A DNA stretch of 64,000 nucleotides from assembly GCF_018977255.1 (NCBI RefSeq), contig NW_024704742.1, positions 120,282,001-120,346,000 on the forward strand. The letters are read 5' to 3'. Shown piece after piece: positions 53,244-64,000 of this stretch; position 1 is the stretch's first letter, and the number at the start of each line of letters is the position of its first letter. The notes under the pieces were generated by a model, which was not told the DNA's origin, searched no databases, and saw only the letters and a program-made list of their open reading frames with translations. Both the position numbers and the translations under genes were made by a program. Origin of the DNA: Callorhinchus milii. Taxonomy: Eukaryota.

Positions 53244-54012
53244 GTAAGTTTTACTGCTGAGGCCCTAATGAATGTTTTCCAGTAGTTGTTATTGACCCAT
53301 TAACCTTTCACTTTGATGCCAGTCGGTTTTCCTTGACCTGAAAAGATAAAAACAGTTTTTATTATTATTTTTAAATTACCCTTAAGGTTTAAATTAGGTG
53401 AAACATTATCCTCCTTCTCTTGCTTCTCAACGATCAGTTATTTATCTTTATGGCAACCAGGCTGCTTCACCAAAAACAGTAAAGTTGATTCCATTTTTTT
53501 AATTTAGAGAGCGATGCGAACATCTTTATGACTACTTTATTTTCCAGTAACATACCCAGCATCACCACCATTGCTTTCTTGTGATATGCTCTCGTCCTGT
53601 CATGAGACACAACTGCCTTCACCACCTTTTTGGCAGACACGGCACCGTATATATGGTGGACTGTATAGCAGTGTGATTTTTCTGAGGTGCAAAACTAACA
53701 TAAACTAACGCAGTTACCATGTATTATTTAAAGTAGTGCAGAAGTCAATTATGCACTGTAACTCAATCTGGGGTTCAGATACGGTTGAAAAAACACTTGA
53801 GTTTCATTGTCACAGTTTACAATATCATCCGATCCACTCAATTGTGTTCGAACTTTGCAATCCATTGCCACAAAACTAATATTCTGTATTTATTACACGT
53901 AATTTGATATACAATTGCAAGTGAGCTTCTGTTTCTACCAGTGCTCACAAACTGCTGATGGATACTTCATGTTGCGTACAGTTCAGTCGTAAGTTTATAC
54001 ACTTGTCATGTA

Positions 54013-54334
54013 CAGAGCACAGTTATCATGTGGTGTCTCTGGTCAAAAAAAGTTGGACACTGTGTTATAATGGGAGTGCAAAAAATGTGGCTGTCGTCCC
54101 ACTTCCAGTGTGTCAGCTGCCACTGATGTCACTTCATGTGCATGATGAGCCTGCGTGTCAAGTTATGCACAAAAGCATTACTAATGTCACTTCCTGCGCA
54201 TAGCACACATGCAGGGCCCACATGAAATGACATTGCGGAGCTTCTGTGCTTCCGGTAAAACATAAGTTCACAGTAGACCTGAGCTAGGAGCGAACCCATT
54301 CTGAACAAAGGCGTGTTCTAACAGGGTCACACTG
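54013..54334. mobile_element. Degenerate Tc1/mariner (Tigger-like) non-autonomous element
   Basis: TA|CAG at left and CTG|TA at right; subterminal gtgttataatggg and gtgttctaacaggg. The left TIR is poor. Confidence 0.4.
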
Positions 54335-55228
54335 TATGTAATGAAGCTAGCACTGCATTGCAGCTTATACCTTTGTTTAAAAGACAAATCATATTCAGAT
54401 ATTGTGTGGGTTAGTTTGCTCCATTTGCTCAACATAGTGAATTTATTGATGTATGTGGACAAAGTGCTATACTTCACTGAATATGATAAATTTGATGAGC
54501 TTCTAAATAATTGCAATGCAATTTTATTGCGTAGATAATTTCATGTTTACAATCTAATGTTATTTATGATTGGATTGATTTATAAGTGAACAGAGATAAG
54601 TTTGCTAAATTAAACAATTAGAACATTGCCCACGAGTGAATTCGTAATATTGAGCAAATGGAAAAGAATAACCTGGCTATGTGTTCCAATAAAATATTTT
54701 TTTAATCATCAACATTTCTTAGGCGTTATTCACTGCAGAGAAAAAATGAATGGCATATGCGTAAATTAAAAGATTCATTTTTGATTTCCTCTAGGTACTT
54801 TAGGTATTTTTTTCTTAATCTATTCACACAAGAAAGCTGCTTGCAACAGAATTTTAACAGTTAGGATAACACTTACCTGTTTCAATTACTTGGTATAGTA
54901 TAAACAACTTACTGTTCAACCCCCAAAAAAAATCTGCCTGACCAACATACCTTTTACTTTTTTGCTGGGTAAGAATAGTTGAAAAATAGAAATGTTGTTT
55001 TTAATTCCCTCTTTGGGCTCAAGTTTCAGGTGGTCCCAAGTTACCAGAAGTAAATTTATAAATCTAACCCCTAGTCTAGACGTTTTCCAGCGCTGGCTGG
55101 AGCTCAAAAAAAATTAATGTCTGGCCTGTAAAGTGCAATTCCCTCCAGTGAATTTGCAAATAACTATAAACTTAACCTTGTGCCAATTATTCCTTCTGTG
55201 TACGAAGGCTATATAAAAAAGAATCTAA

Positions 55229-55408
<180 letters not shown>

Positions 55409-58400
55409 TGAGTGAATTAAAAGTAATTCCAAATTTTAAAATGAATTCTTGGATGCCTCTGCCAAATCAGCCTTTAGCAACTTCATGCAAGATTGGTTAA
55501 TGAGTCTTAACTACAAATGTTAAGTCAAATGTTACAAAAGTGCACTCTTCCCCAGTTGTGCCTCGCGTTGCCGTGAAAACAGTGTTTATGAACTTTCTTC
55601 CAGAATTTTATTTTAGAAAATGACAGTTGAATTTTTTTTTGAGGTATTTCTTTGTCATCTGAAGTTCCCTCCACTCTTCCCCACCTTTTTCCCAGTGCAC
55701 TGGCCTACTGTGAAATCCCTTCTGGGACACTGATGCTAGGAGGCGCACAAGAGTGCTTCAAAAATGAATCCCCCAAAGATTTTCCCTATCTCCTTGTAGA
55801 AAGCACTTAACTTTTGCTCGGGATTTTCCTGCGCCAACATACCTATAATTGGTAACTCCTCAGTATCACGACCACAAATATGAATGCATAATAAATGTGG
55901 CAATAGACAGGATTGCAAGATTATTGCTTTACAACACCAGTAAACATCACAATGTTTTGTAAACAGTTTGTTTACATTTACCAGTCGGTCAGGCTGGTTC
56001 CAGAGTAAACAAAAAGGATTCAGACACTCCCAATGGGGTATGCACTGCCGTTGCAATGCAAAGCGTATAAATGAGACTCCTTTTGGCATTATCGCTTGGT
56101 ATTTGTTTGTGTTGCAATGGTGATTCTCGGGGAAGTTAAGGAGGTAAAGGTAGTAAGACCACTTCATATTTTAGATATCTTGGCAGCAATGTTATGGCAA
56201 TTGTAGAATGAAAGTTTGATCTTCCCTCCCTGCTGATTTCTTGATCCTCTGCCTTGTTGCTGTGAGACATTGTGAGACAAATGTGCGAATACTTGTCCCA
56301 ATTTAATTTTGAAAAGGAATATTTATTATTGTCATTTGTTTGGTATTTCTAAGTAGGGAATGATGATTTTTTTGAAGAAACTATTTTAATCATTTCTAGT
56401 TTGTTTTTATTAGCCTGGATAGATAATTTGGTTTTGTTATTTCATGCCTAGTAAAAAGCTGTGTGTGTTGTGTGGGTGTGTGCACATGTGTGTATATATA
56501 TGTGTGTCTATGAAAGAGATGTTGCATTCATTTGATATCTGATATTTGAAGTCATCTTTTACGTGGACATACTTATGTGCAGCAGAAAAGGCATTTAAAT
56601 ATAATGTCTGCTCCCAATAAGTTTGAAAACAGTGAAATGTATGTATATAATACAGATCAATATCTGTCCACATGATTCGTCAAACAAGGGCAACTTTGTT
56701 TTAATGATTAATGCATTCACTTACCATGGAACCTTTCACCTCGAGTCTGAAACAGAACTGTGATTAATCTTGTGGTGTTTTAATCTTCACAGATGTGTAA
56801 TGTTTATCATATGAGATGTGTGGCAATGACAACCTAATTTATTAGAATAATCAACTTCACCCGTAATAGTTCCTTTTATCCAAATCTAAACCAGATCATT
56901 TTACTATTCGTACACCAGCAGTGTTGAAATAAAGAGGGATTTCAGCCATCACAAAATCAATCTTAATGAATGTGTTTTCAATGTACCAGTCAACTTTAAA
57001 AAATTTATTATCATACAAACTTTCATTCCATTGAATTGCACTGCACACCCTTTATCATGAATAAATTTGTCTCCGGCTCCAACCATATTGTGGGGCAAAT
57101 AACTTTTCATTTGAACGCATGAAAATCAGGAGAAAGTCTCAACAGAGGAAGGTGGAGGAAAAATAAGGAATAGTTTACATTGCAGGAATATTTTCCTTTA
57201 CGAAACAGTAGGGAAAGTAAGCCCCTGCCCCAGGAACCTATTATTTCCTTAATGATACCTTCTGTGTATACTCATAGAGCAGGTTTAAAGCTCAGAAACT
57301 GCTCAGGCCTTTTTTTAAAAGTCTCAAGATACAAATGCTTCCCTCAGCCTAACTTATGTTGCGTTTATGCTGCACGATTGGCAGCAAGACACAGTGAGTT
57401 TGGCAGCAATTCTTTGCAGAACGTGCAGTTTAAGCAGAGTTTCAGACAGCACGAATTGGACTGCAGCTGGGATTTTGAAACTATTTGACGGAGGTGGTTT
57501 CAGGAGCAGAGCGAAACTAACCCATCTAGTACCAATGCGGTGGGTGTGAATTCCACTGAACTCACTGCCCCCTTTTGAAGCTTTGAATGGGGACATTTTT
57601 AACGTTTTTTTTAAAACTTCAAGCCATGAATCTGTGATGAAAATGACACAGAGGCTTTGTTTCTTGGCTGTTGTTCCTCCCCAAAGAAAAAAAACATTTT
57701 TCCAAACACTGCCTTTTTAAAATCTCTTTTTGAAAATATTAATGTTGAAATGCCTTTTTCAGAGCACGGTTTGTAGTGCAGCACGATCAGTATGAAGGTT
57801 AAACATTGTTAAGAATTCACAAGGAGGCAGACTAGGGGGGCAGATTCTACTCATGTGAAAACATTCTTACAACCACAAAAAAATCACATTCATATCGTGC
57901 CCTTCAAGTCGGAAGGAAGTTCCAAGGTGCTGGACAGTTAAGGGTTTGCACCCGAGCTGGGGGAGGAATCAAGAAGGTTGAAGAGGGAAGGTGGGAGGCT
58001 GGCCAAAGCACGATCAAAGAGGAAAGTCATGAGATGGGTCTTGAAGGAGGCAAGAGAGGGGGCGAGCCGGAGGGATTCCAAGATAGAGTTCTAGAGGGTG
58101 GGGGCAGAGAAGCTAAAGGCCCGATCACCAATGGTGGGTACATTATCACAATTGTACTTCCGAAGGCTGCACTAATCGGATATGCCCTGCTAGCTGCCTT
58201 TGCACAGTGTGTCAGCTTGGCTCAGTGGTAGCACTCGCCTCTGAGTCAGAAGATTGTGAGTTCAAGCCCCACGTGGGACTTGGAATCACATAGTCCAAGT
58301 TGACACTCCAATGCGGTGCTGATCATGGCTTTTTGTAGAACATACTGGCAAGGCTTTTGCTTGGTTATCAGGAGCTGAGTACGAAGAATCCCTGCTCGCA

Positions 58401-61400
58401 CTCGACTACTCCCATGTCCTGCTGATGGGCCAGGCTGGCTGGTCTGTCAGTAAGCGCTCTGAGACGCTACCCTGCGTGGAGGGCAGTTGTTGTGATGTGT
58501 TGTTGATTTGCTTGGTAAAGAACCAAACTACAGAGACTGCCACAGAGGGTTGGCTCAATTCCGACATTCCATTACCAAGCACATCACCTTGGAGCCAGCT
58601 CAGCTCCAAAGGGACCTTGCTTGCCTCTGCCCAAGGAGGATGGAGCCTCATGTGATATGCCCTGCTGGTTGCCACTGAGTGGTCCAGCGATGAACTGGTT
58701 TTCACACTAATTAAGGACATTTAACAAACTAATTTTGGTTGTGTGCAATTGGCTGCCACGTTTCGCCCACACAATACACAGTCAATTCACTTTGCAATAT
58801 ATTTCATGAAGGGCATTGAGACAACTCAATGACATGATGAGTCACTAAATCAAATGCAAGGATTATTATTATTATTAATTCAAGGTTTAAGTGGTCCGAA
58901 GATGGTAAACTAGCAGTGAAGCTGTGAGTTTGCTATGCCAGATTCAGAACATACATGTCTGACAAGAACTGCAGATAGTTCCTATGGAGACATTACTAAA
59001 ACATCAAGAGAACCTTCTTGGTTTTCGGAGGAAATCCACCTCCTATATTGAGGAGACTTGAAATTTTAAGGGAATTAACCTTCCGAATCAGCATAAGAAA
59101 AACAAATGTATTTTTATAGTACCTTATCAGATCAAATTGGGTCAAAATGCTTCAGAAGAAATTACTGTCAAGTGTAGTGACTGTTTTTTGTAGGGAAGTT
59201 CGGCAGCTACTTTAACAGTCATGAAGTGAATGAAACCAAAGGAAGCATGCCATCTTTAATGTTTGCCTAAAGAACAGGCAGATAAGAGCTGGTTTAGAAA
59301 TTCATCTGAAGGATGGCAAATCAGTCAATGCAACTCACTCCCAACACTACACTAGAGTATCTTCACTAGTCCATGCAGTTCCTGAGACTGGAAACGCACT
59401 CCAGGAGGTTCTGAAGAAACTCGATGACTTGAACAGAAGTGCAAAGGTGCAGCATTGTTAGCGTTGTACAGGAGGACCTCATCACATATATGCTCAATAT
59501 GGGAAGTTGTTCTTGTCAATGTAGTCTGCCAGCAAGCTGTAATAACACATAAATGTCATCAAAGATTACTTGTGAATAGCAAGAAAAATGCTAATCGTAT
59601 AGCAGATTAAGCTGATATTGATGGTAGAGTTAATGCACTGCAGTAATAATTTTTCAAGTGGTCAAATCACCCTGTCTGAATTTTCACTGTGGGTACATTC
59701 CAAGGCTGAACTGGCATTCGGACAAATTGGGAGTAGGGCATTATCTGGCAGAGCAGTAGTGCTGAAAGAGTTGACATTCCCCGAGGAGGCAATTATAGAA
59801 TTATTATTTGGACAGGAGAATGTTGAAGACAGAGGGAATGGAATTGATGGGACAGAGGATAGCGCTACTATTAGGTACCCTCACAGAATAGGAGTCAAGG
59901 AAAACTTCCAGGCCCTGGACATTACATTATTATGATGCATTATCTATCCAATATATCTGCTACCATCTGCACATTCAAATTGTTTTCCACTAGGGTAAGG
60001 ATTGCTCTTGAGAGCCGGCACAGACACTGTGGCCGAATGGCTTTGTTCTGTGCTGTAAATCTCTGTAGTTGTATGGTAGTTAACTATGCTTTGCAGTAAA
60101 ATCCTGTATTTTTAAGTGTTTTGATAACATGATAAGGTGCAATATCAAATGCAATGATTATTTTTATAATATTTTTAGGCCATCCAATTATTCCTTTAAG
60201 CAAAATAGTCTTTATTAAAAATATGACCAGTAACATAACTTCAAAAGCACATAGTGAGAATGTACCATTTGCCCTTCAACCTGATTCCTCCACAAACTAT
60301 ACCCAATCTGCCCTATCATGGTCTCTGCCCAATTTATTTTATTTCCTGAGATAAAATTGGTTAAGATTGAATAATGCAGGTTATAAGGATAGGTAGTGAA
60401 CTGAATTAAACTTTCTAATCTTATTCCCTGTGTTATTCAACCATAATCAATTTGCTTTCCAAATATGACACAAAAGTAGAAGCAGAGGAACATGAGAACG
60501 GCATTAGAGCAATGACCTATAAACTGCTAGCACCATATAAATGTGCAGTACAGAAGAAGGCCACTCAGCTTGTTGAGCCTCTTCAGACAATTTGTTAGAT
60601 TATAGCAAGTATTTTAATCCCATCTCCCCGCCTTTTATTCCTAAATACCTTGAATACTCAAGTATGCGCCTATCTCTTAAACAATACAATTGATTCTGCA
60701 ACTACAGTCTTTTGAGAGATGCAAACTACATTTTCACAGTCTTCTGTGTGAAGAATCACTTTCTGATCTAAATAGATTTAGGCCATTTACATTTTGTTTC
60801 CTAGCCGATAAAATGTGCAAATTTGAAACCTGCTTGAGATCAGGGAGACCTGAAACGAACAAAGGAAAAGAAGAATCATAATTTAGAGTAAAGATTATTC
60901 TGACGAGGGCTGTAGAAGTGTGATATCCACAGCTTTTATTATTACTGCCGGCCTATGTCATGTGCAGTTTGGAAACTATTAGTGCATAAAAACCAAGTAC
61001 CATCACTCTCTGGCAATGAAATAATTTTGTGCAACACCATTTTCATGACCACTGCTCTTTATCCTCTTTCCTCAGTTCAGCTTCTTTTAGAAACCTTAAG
61101 AGATTCCTTCTGTGGAAAAATAACTTCACACACCACATTAAATGTGTTATACATAAAAGACACATATTTACTACTCTGTATGGAGAACCATTCCACTGAG
61201 GTGCCTCACATGTGAAGCACTTTGAGACAACCGCCTTACATGCAAATGTTGCTGTATCAACGCAAGTTATTATGACATACTTCTGGCTGTCGGATCGACA
61301 TAGGCTCAACTCCCTGATATGTCACTAATTTTGTTCACTTTAATTCTGTACGTTTTTCCCACAATATTCTCTTCTGGTCAGAGGATACCGTCACCCCGCA

Positions 61401-64000
61401 GATGTCTCAAGACTCTTTAGTTGACTCAGCCGGAGGAGGTGTTCTTAACTGTTTGGAAATGGTCCCAACCATATTTTGCAGTTTTCCAGCCCCCCTGTCA
61501 TGCCACTCCTTAGTTGAATCACCAGGAAGAGGCTAGAGTGTTCTGCCAGTTTTCCCTTCCTCTCCCACATGTTCCACATGAAAGCTGTTTCCCACGGACC
61601 AGTGGATATTTAGACCAGACAGAGGCCAAGACTTTGCCTGACACTCAACTCATCTTTTTCTTTCAGTTGTTGCAGTGACTTGCTGTGGATTTCCAGCATA
61701 ACTGTCTCCATTTCAGATTTGTGGAATCCACCATCTTTTATTATTTCAGTGTTCACAGTCCAGGGTAACACTTCAATGCAGGACTGGAGGAGTGTTGCAT
61801 TGATGGAGACTCTGTCTTGCAGATGAGGTGTTAAACAAAGGTTCCATCTGTCATTGTTTCAGGTGGATGTTAAAGATCCCAAGACACTATTGGAAAGAGG
61901 AAGGAGATTCTCCTGGTGTCTTAGCTAACAATCATTCAGGAAAAAAATGGTCATTCACTTCACTGTTTGTGAAAATTTGCAAAGTGATTGCCACTTTTGT
62001 TATTAAGCATAGTCACTATTTGTAGCAGTATTACTGGGATATTATAGGTGCTATAAAATACCGGTTCATCCTCAACTTCTTGCTGTGTTGATTAGCCTCT
62101 TTAATTATGTAGCTCAGTAGACTTCTGGTTAGAAATTGAGGGAACAGGGATAAGATTATAAAGATACTTGCAGATGGAGGGAGATTATATATCGAACATG
62201 ATGGTTTCTGAGCTGCTGTTACCTTAGAGTGTCCTGCAAAGGAATGCAACTAGTCAATGTAGGATGCAAGGTTTGAAAGGTTGAATTATCTTGAATTATC
62301 TTTAGGAAGCAGAGCGAATGTTTCCGCAAGAGACAATTCAGGGTGGGCAGTTTCTAGGATAAAGCAGGTTACTTTACCTCGAACTTAAGAAGGAATGAGT
62401 TTGATAGACAGAATGGCATTTTTCATTCCGTGCTTTCTTATGTTCTAACATTATGTCCAGGACAGGCAGGATTATGCCTATAAGAGGTCTGAGGAAAGAA
62501 TGCCATTTGAGAAAATGATTTAAAATCATGCTCCTGTTTGAAGATCCAATGCTCCAGTGTTATAGTTACTGGCCCTACCAAGCCACATCAAAGTGCTCCT
62601 GTTCTCAGTAGCTTGAGACAACCTTATCATTATGATCTTGAGTTCTTTGTCACTGCAGAATAAAAACTCAGCCCATGTTTTCACTTTCTTTTACTTAAAT
62701 TGCCCATGACTTAGATTAATCTTCATGATTTTATGACTGGAATGAAAGGAACCCTGTGTCCAATGGTAAATAAAAAGGGTAGCAGCAAGAGAAGGAAGGA
62801 AAGAGAGTTTAAATGTAGAGATAAGCAACAGCAGCAGCCAGTGCAATAAAATGTAGGGCTTTACAATGCAATACTATTTCCATTATTCATACTTGCTTGG
62901 GTCCTGTCACTCTGGATACCTAGATCACTGGGTCAATGTCACGCATCCCACTGTGCAGAAACTTCATCTGCCAGCTACTGCTCCCCTCAGCTGTCTAGAT
63001 CATTGTTTTTCTTCCATCACTGACCTTTTCCTTGATCCCACTGTTATTTTCCAAGCCAATTCTTTTCTTTGTTGTAAAGCAATAGTTTCAGTGAAACCAG
63101 CCGCATGTTTTTTTTATTTTTGTTAAAGTTTAATTGGTATTCTTTAACGAAACTTGAATTCAAGCATTCTTTGCCTGTGTATCTAATGCTTATTAGATAT
63201 CCAACTGACGTGAAAGGCACTTTACAATTTTTTTNGTTTGTTGTTGTTATGGAGCAGTCTTCTATATGCTCTGGCTATTTGGAAGAACTGGGGAAAGGAT
63301 ATTAACTGCGTGGAAGATATTAAAGTAATCATCATATTACATAGTGCATTTTTTAAAATAAATCATTTTAAACTAATTGCCAAGTGGGAATCTGAATATT
63401 TTCTTTTGTATTAAACTGTAAATAATAATTGTTGGAAAGAGGTTTGGGGCCAAACCATTCTGTTGAAATTGGGATAGAGATTTTGAATCCTAAACTGATT
63501 GATAGTTAAAGACAAGTTTGTATCCCAATTTTCAGCCGGTCTATAAGCAGGTCCTTAAATAAGGAATGATGTTGATTGAAGAATGGGTTGTGTTTAGGAA
63601 TACTGCAGGTTGGTTTCATGGAATGCAGACGAATAACATCCACTTTGTGTAACTCCTGCGGTTTTCCTCACACATGGAATTGACTGATTATTTTCCTGAT
63701 ACTGCACTCACTGTATATCATCTGTGATTTCAGCGATTTTAACCAAAGCCTGAATTGGATGCGAAGGTGTAAAGGGCAGAAAGTCTATGAAAAAGCATTA
63801 AATTAAGTATTTTGATAGGAAAGAAAAGAGAAGTACGGTAACTCTTTAAGAATAAATGTGTATCACTCATTTAATCAAGGCAATTCACATCTCGGAACAT
63901 ATACAGTGTTTAAAAGCTTTGCTGCCCTCAAAATGATGGTGTATATTAAGCAGATGAATGCTTTGAAAGTCAGACAGTGGCATGATAGATAGTTGTCTGG

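Noticed and set aside
59640..59930. ORF 59618-59935 and a GKLPGP motif in another frame, like the LINE pre-RT KAPGPD
   Set aside because: One degenerate motif; possibly an old LINE relic but not callable, and not a gene.

Overview
Vertebrate genomic DNA, AT-rich and dense in repeats. The window holds five + strand coding exons of ADAMTS6 (2686/2689-2903, 5546-5629, 5929-6074, 53200-53243, 55302-55407). They splice in frame through GT-AG introns and encode the end of the propeptide, the furin site RQKR and the metalloprotease domain up to HEIGH(N). The start of the gene and the rest of the zinc motif lie outside the window. A 47,125-bp intron fills most of the window. The intronic DNA carries several repeat classes: (A) a young tRNA-headed SINE with an L2-type tail, (B) an older Deu-domain SINE, (C) a poly(A)-tailed LINE 3' end with a degenerate CCHC motif, L2 and CR1 fragments, AmnSINE2-like relics and palindromic MITE-like elements. 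This mix suggests a cartilaginous fish, possibly a chimaera (inference from recalled repeat families). Apart from two ORFs overlapping ADAMTS6 exons, the ORF track is repeat-derived or spurious. I found no convincing new multi-gene system. The best leads are a twin-priming-like LINE inversion, a modular SINE sharing a stem-loop with its partner LINE, a 218-bp nested palindrome, a FOX-motif cluster and splice-site oddities. Repeat family names come from memory of consensus sequences, not from searches, and repeat boundaries are approximate.
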